Assembly (NCBI GenBank): GCA_000995065.1
Contig: LBWX01000001.1
Location: 31,563-95,562, forward strand
DNA: 64,000 nucleotides
Direction: 5' to 3'
From: a candidate division CPR2 bacterium GW2011_GWC2_39_35
Lineage (GTDB): Bacteria > Patescibacteriota > CPR2
The position numbers were made by a program, and so were the translations under genes. Of this stretch, positions 18,864-29,747 are shown in pieces. Below the pieces are notes generated by a model. The model was not told where the DNA came from, did no database searches, and saw only the letters and a list, made by a program, of their open reading frames with translations. Every line of letters starts with the position of its first letter. The first letter of the stretch is position 1.

Positions 18864-20980
18864 AAAAGGCAATCAGATCAAAGAAAATCATTTATAGCCC
18901 TAAAGTGCTTAAGCAGGCTTTTTTGTTTGCCGAAAAGGCTCATAAAGGCCAAAAAAGAGATTCTGGAGAGCCATATTTGAGCCATCCCTTTGAAGTAGCC
19001 ATGATATTAATAGAGATGGGGCTTGATGCAAACACGATTATTGCGGGCTTGCTGCATGATACAGTCGAGGACTCGGAGACAACCGAAGATGATATTAAAA
19101 ATAAATTTGGTGACGATGTAGCGAATCTTGTCTTGGGCGTTACAAAATTAGAAAAAATTAATTTTGTAAGAGATAAAGCTGCAGATAATTTGACGGAGAA
19201 AGAGGAAATAGAGATCGAAAATTTCCGCAAATTTTTCCTAGCGATGGCAAAAGATCCCCGTGTGGTTTTAATTAAGCTTGCGGATAGGCTCCATAATTTA
19301 AAAACTTTGTCACATAAAAATATCGAGAGTCAAGGAAGAATCGCCAGAGAAACATTAAATATTTTTGCACCTCTTGCGGACAGATTGGGGATGGGTCAGT
19401 TAAAGGCGGATTTAGAGGATCTGGCGTTTAGTTTTTATTTGCCCGAAGATTACAAAAATGTAAAAAAACTGGTGAGTGAAAGATTAGAAGATCGTAAAAA
19501 GTATGTAGATGAATTTAAAGAGATCTTAAAGAAGAACTTCCACAAATCTGGTGTTTCAGTAATTAGTATCGAGGGTAGGGCTAAACATTTTTATAGTATT
19601 TATAAAAAACTACAAAAAACAGAAGGCGATATTGATAAAATATATGACTTGATGGCAATAAGGATTATTGTTAGGGATGTTAGTAGTTGCTACAAGACTT
19701 TGGGAGCTATTCACCAAGGTTATAAGCCGCTCATCTATCGAATCAAGGACTACATTGCAGTTCCTAAACCCAATGGTTATCAGTCGCTTCATACTACAGT
19801 TTTTGGGCATGAAGGGCGAATCACGGAGGTTCAGATTAGAACAACGCAAATGCATCAAGAAGCGGAAATGGGAATAGCGGCGCATTGGCATTACAACCAG
19901 GCAAAGTCCAAGTTATTTGGTAGACGTTTGCAGTCGTCGCTGGCGCCAAAAAAAGAGTTGGATTGGGTTAAGCAGCTTGTAGAGGTTCAGAAAGATACCT
20001 CGTCTAGAGAATTTATAGAGTCCCTAAGGCTTGATTTCTTTAAGGATCGGATCTTTGTCTTTACTCCTATGGGCAACTTATTTAATTTACCGGAAGGTGC
20101 GACTCCCATTGATTTTGCTTATCAGATACATTCGGAGGTTGGAAACCACTGTATCGGTGCCAGGATAAATGGAAAAATCGTGAACTTGGACGCAAAGCTA
20201 GAAAACCGCGACATTGTGGAGATTCTAACGTCAAATAAGGCAAGGCCGCGGCGCGACTGGTTAAACTTTGTAAAGACTAGCACCACCAAGCAACATATTC
20301 GAGCGTGGTTTAGGATTCAATCGAGAGAAGAAAACTTAAAATCAGGCGAAGCGATTCTCCTTAAAGAGTTCAAAAATGTTGAGATTACCATTCAGAATAT
20401 AAAAGAAAAAAAGGTCCTAGAAGGCCTTAGCTTAAAAAATTTAGAAGAACTTTATGTAAAAATCGGAGAAGGTCAGATAACGGTCAAGCAAGTTATGCGA
20501 AAGATTTCTTTAACCGAAGAGCGCAAAGTGAAGACTAAAGAAGTTAAAAAGACGGTGGGGATCATAAAAGGGACGGAAGGCATCCGTTATCGTCTTGCAA
20601 GCTGTTGCTCGCCAAAGATTGGAGATATAATCGCTGGTTACGTCACCCAGGGCCAGGGCGTAAGTATTCACAAGAGGGGCTGTATCAACATCACAAATAA
20701 AGACAAGGATAAGTTTATAAGCGTCAGCTGGAAAAATACAAAAACTCTTTATCAAATTCCGATAATAATTAGAGCTAAAAACCGAGTTGGTCTTTTAAAA
20801 GACATTACGGTCTTGCTATCGGATAAAGATATTAATATTGGTCCTGTAAGAAGCAAACAGAATGGCGATATGTCGGAGATAGATATGATTTTGGAAATAG
20901 AAAAGCCAAATGTGATCCCCCCTGTTTTAAAAAGTATAATGGCTATTAAAGATGTGCGGGATGTAAAAAGAGGTGGATAA
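18848..20980 (+). CDS. rel: bifunctional (p)ppGpp synthetase/hydrolase (Rel/SpoT homolog)
   Basis: HD hydrolase (HPFEVA..HDTVED), synthetase (RIIVRD..GYQSLHT), TGS, conserved CC motif (ASCCSPK) and ACT domain. Confidence 0.9.
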   Translation: MYTRLEKAIRSKKIIYSPKVLKQAFLFAEKAHKGQKRDSGEPYLSHPFEVAMILIEMGLDANTIIAGLLHDTVEDSETTEDDIKNKFGDDVANLVLGVTKLEKINFVRDKAADNLTEKEEIEIENFRKFFLAMAKDPRVVLIKLADRLHNLKTLSHKNIESQGRIARETLNIFAPLADRLGMGQLKADLEDLAFSFYLPEDYKNVKKLVSERLEDRKKYVDEFKEILKKNFHKSGVSVISIEGRAKHFYSIYKKLQKTEGDIDKIYDLMAIRIIVRDVSSCYKTLGAIHQGYKPLIYRIKDYIAVPKPNGYQSLHTTVFGHEGRITEVQIRTTQMHQEAEMGIAAHWHYNQAKSKLFGRRLQSSLAPKKELDWVKQLVEVQKDTSSREFIESLRLDFFKDRIFVFTPMGNLFNLPEGATPIDFAYQIHSEVGNHCIGARINGKIVNLDAKLENRDIVEILTSNKARPRRDWLNFVKTSTTKQHIRAWFRIQSREENLKSGEAILLKEFKNVEITIQNIKEKKVLEGLSLKNLEELYVKIGEGQITVKQVMRKISLTEERKVKTKEVKKTVGIIKGTEGIRYRLASCCSPKIGDIIAGYVTQGQGVSIHKRGCINITNKDKDKFISVSWKNTKTLYQIPIIIRAKNRVGLLKDITVLLSDKDINIGPVRSKQNGDMSEIDMILEIEKPNVIPPVLKSIMAIKDVRDVKRGG

Positions 20981-21035
20981 AAGCTTGTTAAAAAAGAAAA
21001 ACTATGTTATTTTCGTATAGTAAATTTTAAAAATT

Positions 21036-22313
21036 ATGTCAAAAAAGACTATCCAGAAACCAAGAGGAACTCAAGATATTTTACCCCAAGACCAAAAGTA
21101 TTGGGATTTTATTGTCGGAGCGTTTTCCGGGTCAGCTCTTAATGCTGGATTTAAAAGAATTATTACTCCGACTTTTGAAGATACGGCCCTTTTCGAAAGA
21201 GGCGTTGGTAGCGGCACTGATATTGTGGAAAAAGAAATGTATACTTTTAAGGATCGATCCGAGAATTCAATCACTTTGCGGCCGGAAGGTACGGCGCCTG
21301 TAGTGAGAGCATATTTGGAAGACGGATTTGTGGCTGAGCCTCATCCTGTAAAATTTTACTACATTAACTCGACATTTAGATACGAAAGGCCGCAAGCGGG
21401 TAGATTCAGAGAACATCATCAGTTTGGAGCCGAAATTATTGGCGACGGTAATCCATTGCTTGATGTCGAGATTATCTCCATGGCTTGGAGAACGTATAAA
21501 GCGCTTGGTTTAAGTAACATCTCTCTTCAGTTAAACAGTATTGGCTGTGTTGCATGCAGACCTCAATATCTGAGAAGTCTTAAAAATTATTACAAAGAAC
21601 ATGCAAAATTGATTTGCGAGGATTGTGCGAAGCGGCTTGAGAAAAACCCTTTAAGACTTTTAGATTGCAAGGAAAATGCCTGCATGGCGCTTGCCGAGGA
21701 GGCTCCTCAGCTTATAAACGCCTTATGTCCTGATTGCCACGATCATTTTCGAACAATTTTGGAGCTTCTAGACGACCTACAAATACCTTACAATCTTAAT
21801 ACAAAGATCGTAAGAGGCTTAGATTATTATACGAGGACCGTATTCGAGGTTTGGTTTCAAGTAGAAGGTTTCGGCTCGCAAAATGCAATTGGTGGTGGTG
21901 GACGTTATGATCTCTTAGTTGAGATGCTTGGGGGCAAACCCACGCCGGGTGTTGGCTTTGGAGTTGGGATCGAGAGATTAATGCTCGCCTTAAAACAGGA
22001 GGGAGTAAATGTGCCGGAATTAAACCTTCCTAAAATTTATGTAGCTCAATTGGGAGATGCGGCCAGAAAGCAAGCCTTTATTCTAGCTCAGGATCTATTA
22101 AACGAGGGCATGCCGGTTGTTGGAAAATTTGACAAGATGTCGGTTGGGGAGCAGCTAAGAGAGGCAAGTGAGCTCAAAGTTCCATATGCTATCATAATTG
22201 GGCAGAAGGAAGTTATTAATAGTACGGTGATTATTAAGGATATGTATACCGGTTTTCAAGAGATTATACCTACCGACAAAGCGGTTTCGGAGATTATAAA
22301 GAGACTAATGTGA
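21036..22313 (+). CDS. hisS: histidyl-tRNA synthetase
   Basis: RGTQDILP N-terminal HisRS motif, class II motifs 1-3 (FRYERPQAGRFREHHQFG), anticodon-binding C-terminus. Confidence 0.9.
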   Translation: MSKKTIQKPRGTQDILPQDQKYWDFIVGAFSGSALNAGFKRIITPTFEDTALFERGVGSGTDIVEKEMYTFKDRSENSITLRPEGTAPVVRAYLEDGFVAEPHPVKFYYINSTFRYERPQAGRFREHHQFGAEIIGDGNPLLDVEIISMAWRTYKALGLSNISLQLNSIGCVACRPQYLRSLKNYYKEHAKLICEDCAKRLEKNPLRLLDCKENACMALAEEAPQLINALCPDCHDHFRTILELLDDLQIPYNLNTKIVRGLDYYTRTVFEVWFQVEGFGSQNAIGGGGRYDLLVEMLGGKPTPGVGFGVGIERLMLALKQEGVNVPELNLPKIYVAQLGDAARKQAFILAQDLLNEGMPVVGKFDKMSVGEQLREASELKVPYAIIIGQKEVINSTVIIKDMYTGFQEIIPTDKAVSEIIKRLM

Positions 22314-23542
22314 AAAAGGTAAAATTTATCAGTTTGGGTTGCCGATTGAATAAGGCAGAGACTGATTCAATAATAAACCAAATCAGAGGCCGCTTCGAAA
22401 TTACGAATTCCGAGGCGGATATTTATATAGTTAATACATGTGCCGTTACTATCAGTGCCTCTCAGAAGTCAAGAAGGCTGATAAGGGCAATTAAGGACAA
22501 AAACCCGAAAAGCAAGGTGGTTGTAATCGGGTGTGCAGCCTCAGAAATAGAGGAATTAAATATATCCGCAGATCACATCTTCTCCAAAGAGAAACAAAAC
22601 GAAGTGAGTAATAAACTTATTCAAATGTATGGCAAAAAACAGACGTTGTTGAGCGGTAATAACGATGAGGTAAGTTTGTATGCTAGGCCATTAATAAAGA
22701 TTCAGGACGGTTGCGATAACTTTTGCAGTTATTGTATTGTTCCTATGTTAAGAGGCAGAGGGCATAGCGAAAAATTGGCTGCTATTATCGATAAAGTAAA
22801 GGAGCTTGAACAACTTGATTATTCAGAAATAGTTCTTACGGGAGTGAATATTGGCCACTATAAAGATGGGCATAATGATTTGATGATGCTTCTTAGTTCC
22901 TTACTTCGGGAGACAAGTAAATTAAGAATCCGTTTGAGTTCTATAAATCCGAATGACATTTCTGAGGATCTAATAAATGTCTTAGCCAGTGAACGAATAT
23001 GCGAGCATATTCATCTGTCGCTGCAGAGTGGAAGTGATACGGTTTTAAAACGAATGAATCGTCGATATGATAGTGCGTTGTATAAGGATATTGTAATTAA
23101 GTTAAGAGCCGTTAAGCCCAATATTGCAATCACAACTGATATTATTGTTGGATTTCCAGGAGAAACAGAAGGTGAATTCAAAGAAACCTTAGAATTTGTT
23201 AAGGAGATAAAATTTGCAAAGATCCACATATTTAGGTATTCAAAAAGACCGGGAACGGCGGCCTGCAATATGCCTGATCAGCAAAATGATGAGATAAAAA
23301 GATTAAGAGCTCACGAATTAGGTCTCGCAGCAAATAAATTGCGGAACGATTATTTAATGAAATCCATTGGAAGTGAACTAGAAGTGGTTTTTGAAGGCAG
23401 GGCCAAGGGAATGTATAAGGGAACTTCGTCGAACTATATTGATGTGCTTGTTAACACAAATCAGCCGCTTCGCGGACGACTTTGTAGGGTTTATGTCCTT
23501 CGAGCGGCTGATTCTTTTGTTGTGGCGCGCTTAGTAGCCTAG
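22310..23542 (+). CDS. radical-SAM methylthiotransferase (MiaB/RimO/MtaB family; MtaB-like)
   Basis: N-terminal MTTase Cys triad region (GCRLN..NTCAVT), radical SAM CDNFCSYC, C-terminal TRAM-like tail. Confidence 0.8.
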   Translation: MKKVKFISLGCRLNKAETDSIINQIRGRFEITNSEADIYIVNTCAVTISASQKSRRLIRAIKDKNPKSKVVVIGCAASEIEELNISADHIFSKEKQNEVSNKLIQMYGKKQTLLSGNNDEVSLYARPLIKIQDGCDNFCSYCIVPMLRGRGHSEKLAAIIDKVKELEQLDYSEIVLTGVNIGHYKDGHNDLMMLLSSLLRETSKLRIRLSSINPNDISEDLINVLASERICEHIHLSLQSGSDTVLKRMNRRYDSALYKDIVIKLRAVKPNIAITTDIIVGFPGETEGEFKETLEFVKEIKFAKIHIFRYSKRPGTAACNMPDQQNDEIKRLRAHELGLAANKLRNDYLMKSIGSELEVVFEGRAKGMYKGTSSNYIDVLVNTNQPLRGRLCRVYVLRAADSFVVARLVA

Positions 23543-24163
23543 CTTATGAGCAATGCCTTGAACGTGATTTACATACTCCATGCTATGGTTATAGCGGAAT
23601 AATGCATTGGTTACATTTCCATTGGCGGCACCGTTTGCCTTAAGATAGTTTGCGGCAGCGAAAACGGCATCATTTACGTTGTGGATGTTGGTAGTACCAT
23701 CACCATCACCATCCTGGCCATAGGCTCTAAAGGTTCCAGGCATAAACTGCATGGGGCCCATAGCGCCGGCATAGGAGGCAACAGTAGTGTTGCCCGATTG
23801 ATGAGTTTCTACAACGTGTACGGCAGCAATAACTTGCCACGGAACACCATATTTTTCAGAAGCCTTTTTGTAAAGGTTGGCAAACTGAGACTTATAACCA
23901 GCCTTAGCTAAGTTATCCTCAACAGATTGGTTCTTCTGGATGGTGTCGTTTGAAACGACGACTTGTTTTTTAAAGTTTTCTAATGATTGGTTTTGAAGTA
24001 ACTGAATTTGGTAATCGTATCTCTCGTCAACTTCGGTTCTTTCAGCTACGTTTTTTACTGCAACTGGTAGTTTTAAGGTTTGTTTTTGAGCATTAGCGGC
24101 ATTTACAGAGCCGCTGTTCATGACCAGGCCTAAAATAATAATGGCCATTGTCATTTTACGCAT
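23531..24163 (-). CDS. secreted lytic transglycosylase (SLT/GEWL-like domain)
   Basis: signal peptide (MRKMTMAIIILGLVMNSGSVNAANA), transglycosylase core ...AGAMGPMQFMPGTF.. Confidence 0.7.
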   Translation of the reverse strand: MRKMTMAIIILGLVMNSGSVNAANAQKQTLKLPVAVKNVAERTEVDERYDYQIQLLQNQSLENFKKQVVVSNDTIQKNQSVEDNLAKAGYKSQFANLYKKASEKYGVPWQVIAAVHVVETHQSGNTTVASYAGAMGPMQFMPGTFRAYGQDGDGDGTTNIHNVNDAVFAAANYLKANGAANGNVTNALFRYNHSMEYVNHVQGIAHKLGY

Positions 24164-24324
24164 GTGAAGTTAACCTTCCTTTCCACCCTCCTGAGATAGA
24201 AATTAACCTACCTCATGAGACGGGTAGCATTGTATCATAAAAGGATAAATTTGTCAAGTAGTTTATCCAAAAGAGCTAGTAAATTTAGGTATTTTATCTT
24301 AGGAGATTGTAGTATAATTTCGTT

Positions 24325-24669
24325 ATGGAGAAATGCATATTTGATCAAATAGTCGAAGGAAAGATTCCTTCTAAGAAGGTTTGGGAAAGTGATTCTGTAC
24401 TTGCCTTCTGGGACATAAGCCCAGTTGCTCCGATACACGTTTTAATTATTCCCAAGAAGCATCTTCAGGATCTAAATAGTGTAACTCAAAATGACAAAGA
24501 AATATTAGGGGATTTGATGTTGGCAGTTCCGGAGGTTGCCAAGAAATTAGGAGTTAAGGACAGTGGCTACCGAATTATTATTAACAATGGTGAGCATGCA
24601 GGACAATTGGTTCCGCATATCCATATTCACCTACTTGCTGGAAAAAATCTCGGTCCAAAGATTATATAA
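24325..24669 (+). CDS. HIT-family (histidine triad) nucleotide hydrolase
   Basis: histidine triad HIHIHLL near C-terminus, 114 aa. Confidence 0.85.
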   Translation: MEKCIFDQIVEGKIPSKKVWESDSVLAFWDISPVAPIHVLIIPKKHLQDLNSVTQNDKEILGDLMLAVPEVAKKLGVKDSGYRIIINNGEHAGQLVPHIHIHLLAGKNLGPKII

Positions 24670-24747
24670 ATTATTAAATATATATTGCTTAAAAGTGCAT
24701 TTTGAAGTATAATTAATTCGAAACACTCGTAAAGGAGGTGATTTTTT

Positions 24748-24957
24748 TTGGCTGAAGTAACCAGAAAAGAACAAGAAACGTTCGAAAATCTACTTCGCAG
24801 ATTCAACAGAAAAGTACAGCAAAACGGGATACTTCCGATTGCTAGAAAAAAACAGTATTTTACAAAACCGCTTTCTAAGAAGGAACAGCGGGAGATTGCT
24901 ATTAGAAAAAGAGCGAAAAAAGAAGCAAAACTAAAGCAGATAATTAGAGGATTTTGA
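24748..24957 (+). CDS. rpsU: 30S ribosomal protein S21
   Basis: 69 aa, basic, canonical S21 sequence (MAEVTRKEQETFENLLRRFNRKVQQNG...); GGAGG SD. Confidence 0.85.
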   Translation: MAEVTRKEQETFENLLRRFNRKVQQNGILPIARKKQYFTKPLSKKEQREIAIRKRAKKEAKLKQIIRGF

Positions 24958-25394
24958 TGTTAGTTGATAAAATCAATATCGAGCTAAAAGAGGCTTTAAA
25001 AAATAGAAGAGAAAAGGAATTAAGTGTCTTGAGGCTTATTAAATCGGCCTTAAAGAATGAAGAAATTTCAAAAAAGCATCCTTTATCTGAGGAGGAAGCG
25101 ATCTATATATTGGATCGTCAAGCTAAGCAAAGAGAAGATGCGATTTTAGCGTACGAAAAAGCTGGAAGAACGGATCTAGCCGAGAAAGAACAGCAGGAGC
25201 TTTTAATTATCAGTAAATATCGACCCAAAAAGATGGGTGAAGACGAGGTAATAGCAGAAGTAAAGAAGGTCTTAGAGGGACTTGGGGCAAGTGATTTTGG
25301 ACAGGCTATGAAACAAGTAATGTCCGAACTCAAAGGGAAGGCCGATGGAAGGCTTGTCTCTGAAATTGTAAAAGCTGAATTTAATAAAAAATGA
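24954..25394 (+). CDS. yqeY: GatB/YqeY-domain protein
   Basis: YqeY-like N-terminus (INIELKEALKNRREKELSVLRLIKSALKN), conserved rpsU-yqeY adjacency. Confidence 0.75.
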   Translation: MMLVDKINIELKEALKNRREKELSVLRLIKSALKNEEISKKHPLSEEEAIYILDRQAKQREDAILAYEKAGRTDLAEKEQQELLIISKYRPKKMGEDEVIAEVKKVLEGLGASDFGQAMKQVMSELKGKADGRLVSEIVKAEFNKK

Positions 25395-25840
25395 TCAATT
25401 TTATAATTTATAATTTGCCTGAGGGCTTAAGCGAAGCCTTCATCCAAAACGTTGCTAATCAGATTTCTAAAACACTAAATAAAAGCGACATTATTGAAGT
25501 AAATTTTATCTCTAAAGAAGAAATTAAGCACTTAAATAAGGATTATCGAGGTAAAAACATGGAGACCGATGTTCTGTCCTTTAGTTTTACGGAGTCCAGA
25601 GGGGAACGCATAGAAGAAAAAAACGAAGTTGCTGGTCAAATTTTTATATGTTACGATATAGCACGGGAACAAGCAATAGAGCACGAATGGAGCCTCGAAA
25701 ATGAATTAGCCCTTCTCATGATTCACGGGGCTTTACATATTTATGGTTATGATCATGAAAACGAGCAAGAATATATGCAGATGGTTAAAAAAGAAAATGA
25801 GATACTTAAAAATTTAAAGCTGAGGGAATATGAATCCTAA
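25391..25840 (+). CDS. ybeY: endoribonuclease YbeY (rRNA maturation factor)
   Basis: H-x-x-x-H-x-x-G-x-D-H zinc motif (HGALHIYGYDHE). Confidence 0.85.
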   Translation: MINFIIYNLPEGLSEAFIQNVANQISKTLNKSDIIEVNFISKEEIKHLNKDYRGKNMETDVLSFSFTESRGERIEEKNEVAGQIFICYDIAREQAIEHEWSLENELALLMIHGALHIYGYDHENEQEYMQMVKKENEILKNLKLREYES

Positions 25841-26471
25841 TCCTAATCTAATTATTTTTGGCCCTCCGGGCGCTGGCAAAGACACACAAGTAGAAGTACT
25901 ACTTAAGAAACTAGATATTGTACCGATTGAAACAGGGGCAATTATTAGGGATATGGTCAAATCTGACTCCAAAATTGCAGAAGAAATTAAAAATACGATC
26001 GCACGGGGCGATTTGGTAAATGATTCATTAATGGAAGCCATCATTAAGGATAAACTTGATGAAGTTCCAACGGAGAGAGGTACAATATTTGACGGGTTTC
26101 CTCGAACCATAAAGCAAGCCGAGACTCTTCATGTGTTATTGTCATTTGTCGGGAGAAAGATAGATAAGGTTTTGTTCTTAGATGTGCCTGAAGAAGTACT
26201 GATCGAGCGTTTGACACAACGAAAAATCTGCGGATCATGCGGGAAAACAGCGTTTCCTCACGAAGAGAGATGTTCGCAGTGCGGAGGAGAGCTTGTTAAG
26301 CGAATTGATGATAATATAGAGTCAATTAAAGCTAGGATAGTTAACTATCGTGCCAAAACTGCCCCAATTATAGCTTTTTATGAAAAAAGAGGTTTAATTT
26401 TTAAAATAAATGGCAATCAAAAGCCTCAAGATGTAACAAGCGAATTGTTAACAGGACTCGGGATTGATTAG
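25830..26471 (+). CDS. adk: adenylate kinase with zinc-binding LID
   Basis: P-loop GPPGAGKDTQ, LID Cys motif CGSCG...CSQCGG. Confidence 0.9.
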   Translation: MNPNPNLIIFGPPGAGKDTQVEVLLKKLDIVPIETGAIIRDMVKSDSKIAEEIKNTIARGDLVNDSLMEAIIKDKLDEVPTERGTIFDGFPRTIKQAETLHVLLSFVGRKIDKVLFLDVPEEVLIERLTQRKICGSCGKTAFPHEERCSQCGGELVKRIDDNIESIKARIVNYRAKTAPIIAFYEKRGLIFKINGNQKPQDVTSELLTGLGID

Positions 26472-27207
26472 CATTAAGACATCAAATGAAATAAAGACAA
26501 TGAGAAGGGGTGGTCGAATTCTAGCGGTCACCCTTAAAGAGCTGTCAAATATTGCGAAACCTGGGATGAAGCTTTCCAAGATCGACAAAATAGCGCATGA
26601 CCTCATCACAAAATCCGGGGGACAGCCATCTTTCTTAAATTATAATGGATATCCGGGCTCTATGTGTGCTTCTATAAATGATGAAGTAGTGCATGGTTTA
26701 CCAAGAGAAACTAAACTTCGAGATGGCGATATTTTTTCGATTGATTGCGGTGTCTATTTTGAAGGGTACCACACAGACAGCGCAATAACTATTCCGATCG
26801 GAAAGATTGGTAAGGATGCGATTAATTTAATTTCTATCACAAGAAATGCTCTCTATAAAGGCATAGATATAATAAGACCAGGCATTTATTTAGGCGATGT
26901 TTCCGCAGCGATTCAAAGAGAAGTCGAAAGCGCCGGAATGGGTGTGGTCAAGGATTTGGTGGGACATGGGATCGGTAAAGAACTGCATGAGGAACCTCAA
27001 ATTCCAAATTTTGGTAAAAGGGGCACAGGAATTATCTTAAGAGAGGGGATGACACTTGCGATTGAGCCAATGGTAACCCTTGGCAGGCCCGAAATAAAGG
27101 TGGGGAAAGATAATTGGACTATATTTACAGTAGATGGTAGTCTATCTGCACATTTTGAACACACGATTTGTGTTACCAAAGAAGGCTCTGAAATACTTAC
27201 GAAGTAA
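26464..27207 (+). CDS. map: methionine aminopeptidase type I
   Basis: pita-bread fold metal ligands (D..D..H..E..E spacing), adk-map adjacency. Confidence 0.9.
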   Translation: MISIKTSNEIKTMRRGGRILAVTLKELSNIAKPGMKLSKIDKIAHDLITKSGGQPSFLNYNGYPGSMCASINDEVVHGLPRETKLRDGDIFSIDCGVYFEGYHTDSAITIPIGKIGKDAINLISITRNALYKGIDIIRPGIYLGDVSAAIQREVESAGMGVVKDLVGHGIGKELHEEPQIPNFGKRGTGIILREGMTLAIEPMVTLGRPEIKVGKDNWTIFTVDGSLSAHFEHTICVTKEGSEILTK

Positions 27208-27267
27208 TCCTAAAAACATTGGCATTAATCTTAAATAAAGCTATAATTTGATAAGTAAGGAGTTAGC

Positions 27268-28488
27268 GTGACACCTAAAGAACAATCTTTTGCCGGAATT
27301 GATATAGGAAGCACGAAAGTTAATATTGTTGTTGGAGTAATAGAATATCCAAATACACCAAGCATTGTTGGTGTCGGGACATATCCAACAAGCGGTATTA
27401 GAAAAGGCGTTGTTATTGATGTCGAAGAAACCGTTAGCAGCATCTCGAGCGCCTTAGAACTTGCTGAAAGAAGTGCAGGGGTACCTATTACCCAAGCTAG
27501 TATAAATATTGATGGTTCTCACGTTGCCTCATTAAACAGCCGTGGTGTTATAGCAGTAGGCAGGGCAGATTCAGAAATTACTTTTGAAGATACTGTTAGG
27601 GCCGAGGAAGCAGCTCAAGCTATATCTTTACCTTCAAATAAAGAGATTATTCATGTTATTCCAAGAGAGTATTCCGTAGATAGCCAAACAGGAATTAAAG
27701 ATCCAATTGGAATGAGTGGCGTAAGGTTAGAAGTCGAAGCTCATATCATCACTGGTTCCCAGCCGGCCATTAGAAACCTGCTTAAATGTATTAATCAGGC
27801 TGGTATTAGCGCTGAAAATCAGATTGTTACGCCGCTGGCTGCGGCAAAGGCAATGCTTTCTAAGAGACAAAAAGAGCTAGGTTCTGTCTTAGTTGATATA
27901 GGAGGAGGCACGACCGGCATTGCGATTTTTGAGGAAGGAAATATTCTATATTCGGCTATTTTACCTATTGGCTCCGGACATATAACAAACGATATTGCTA
28001 TTGGTCTTAGAACTTCAGTTGATATTGCTGAAAAAGTGAAGCTAAAATATGGTTATGCTTCGCCTCAAGAGATTCCGGAGAAGGAAAAAATCGATTTGTC
28101 TGAGTTCGGTGGCGAAGGTATGACTTTCAGGCGTCAAGTAGCAAAGATTGTTGAAGCAAGACTGAAAGAAATTCTTGATTTGGTTAGAGATGAGTTAAGA
28201 AGAATAAATAAGGATGGTATGCTTCCCGGTGGCGTAGTTATTACCGGCGGCGGTGCGAACATGCCGGGACTTGCAATCTTAGCAAAACACATGCTTAAAC
28301 TTCCGTGTGAGATAGGGGAACCAAAGGGCATTCATGGACTTATCGATAAGGTTTCTGGTCCGGAGCATGCTACCGCTTTGGGTCTAATGCTGTATTCCAT
28401 GGACAAGCAGCAAACCTACGGCGCTAATGATAAATTAGCCAAAGCTTTTGACGGAATAAAGAAATTAGTCAAAATTTTCTTACCATAA
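27268..28488 (+). CDS. ftsA: cell division protein FtsA
   Basis: actin-like ATPase motifs (GIDIGSTKV, DIGGGTTGIAIF), immediately upstream of ftsZ. Confidence 0.85.
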   Translation: MTPKEQSFAGIDIGSTKVNIVVGVIEYPNTPSIVGVGTYPTSGIRKGVVIDVEETVSSISSALELAERSAGVPITQASINIDGSHVASLNSRGVIAVGRADSEITFEDTVRAEEAAQAISLPSNKEIIHVIPREYSVDSQTGIKDPIGMSGVRLEVEAHIITGSQPAIRNLLKCINQAGISAENQIVTPLAAAKAMLSKRQKELGSVLVDIGGGTTGIAIFEEGNILYSAILPIGSGHITNDIAIGLRTSVDIAEKVKLKYGYASPQEIPEKEKIDLSEFGGEGMTFRRQVAKIVEARLKEILDLVRDELRRINKDGMLPGGVVITGGGANMPGLAILAKHMLKLPCEIGEPKGIHGLIDKVSGPEHATALGLMLYSMDKQQTYGANDKLAKAFDGIKKLVKIFLP

Positions 28489-28506
28489 TTGTTCAAGATA
28501 TCCACA

Positions 28507-28531
28507 GAAAATCAAATGATTTTCTTTTTTT
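28507..28531 (+). terminator. hairpin GAAAATCA-AAT-GATTTTC followed by T7 after ftsA
   Basis: inverted repeat plus T-run read directly. Confidence 0.45.
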
Positions 28532-28633
28532 ATACTTAATCCGAATAAATAATTTATGCTAATTTTTAGGCTTTACAACTGAACAAATTTTATATACTAT
28601 TAGCGCAAGGATTTAATTTGAAGGAGGAGACAG

Positions 28634-29731
28634 GTGGAGATTAAACCGCAAGTCGAAACTTTTGCACGGATCAAGGTTGTCGGCTTAGGTGGAGGTGGCA
28701 CTAATGCCATTAATAGGATGATCGCAGCAAACTTGAGAGGTGTCGAGTTTATTGCGATTAACACTGATGCTCAATCGTTGCATCACTGCGATGCATCGAA
28801 GAAAGTCCACATTGGGAAAACAACCACTCGTGGACTCGGAGCAGGATCTGACCCTGACACGGGCCGAAAAGCAGCCGAAGAGTCTTCAGAAGAAATTTAT
28901 GAAGCCTTAAAGGGCGCAGACATGATCTTTCTAACTTGCGGTATGGGCGGCGGTACAGGCACCGGTTCTATACCAGTGGTGGCAAGTTTGGCAAGAGAAG
29001 TTGGCGCCTTGACAGTGGGAATCGTGACAAAACCATTTATCTTCGAAGGAGAAAGAAGAAAGAGAGTATCCGAAGAAGGCATGGATCTCTTAAAGGACAA
29101 GGTTGACACTTTAATTACTATTCCAAATGATCGACTGCTTACCATGATTGACAGGAAAACAACAATGCTAGATGCATTTAATGTGGTAGATGATGTTTTA
29201 CGTCAAGGCGTCCAAGGCATTTCTGATCTTATTACAGTTCATGGCGTAATTAATGTAGACTTTGCGGATGTTAAGGCAATCATGTCTAATGCTGGTTCGG
29301 CTCTAATGGGTATCGGTAGAGGAACTGGTGAAAACAGGGCTACAGAGGCTGCAAAAATGGCTATCAATAGTCCTCTGCTCGAGGTATCTATTGATGGCGC
29401 AAGAGGGGTATTATTCAATATATCCGGCGGTCCGGATCTGGGCATGTTCGAAATAGATGAAGCAGCTAAGGTTATTACTCAAGCCGTTGATTCAGACGCA
29501 AACATCATATTCGGTTCCGTCATCGATCCTAATATATCCGGAGAAATTAAGATTACCGTTGTTGCAACCGGGTTTTCTCCTGATAGGCCGCAAGCACCAC
29601 TAACCGAAACGCGCAGAATTGAGCCGGAGCCAGTGAGGACGTATCCGATCTTTACTTCTAAGCCAGAGGAAGATACCGAAAAAGACGATGAACTTGATAT
29701 CCCAGCCTTTATAAGGCATAGAGTAGAGTAG
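28634..29731 (+). CDS. ftsZ: cell division GTPase FtsZ
   Basis: tubulin signature GGGTGTG, GLGGGGTNA, T7 loop NVDFAD; AGGAGG SD with GTG start. Confidence 0.9.
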   Translation: MEIKPQVETFARIKVVGLGGGGTNAINRMIAANLRGVEFIAINTDAQSLHHCDASKKVHIGKTTTRGLGAGSDPDTGRKAAEESSEEIYEALKGADMIFLTCGMGGGTGTGSIPVVASLAREVGALTVGIVTKPFIFEGERRKRVSEEGMDLLKDKVDTLITIPNDRLLTMIDRKTTMLDAFNVVDDVLRQGVQGISDLITVHGVINVDFADVKAIMSNAGSALMGIGRGTGENRATEAAKMAINSPLLEVSIDGARGVLFNISGGPDLGMFEIDEAAKVITQAVDSDANIIFGSVIDPNISGEIKITVVATGFSPDRPQAPLTETRRIEPEPVRTYPIFTSKPEEDTEKDDELDIPAFIRHRVE

Positions 29732-29747
29732 TTTTAAAGATTTTTTA

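Noticed and set aside
28495-28510. DnaA-box-like ATATCCACA between ftsA and ftsZ as oriC
   Set aside because: A single imperfect box with no cluster and no dnaA/dnaN context; the parAB locus elsewhere in the window also lacks a DnaA-box cluster.
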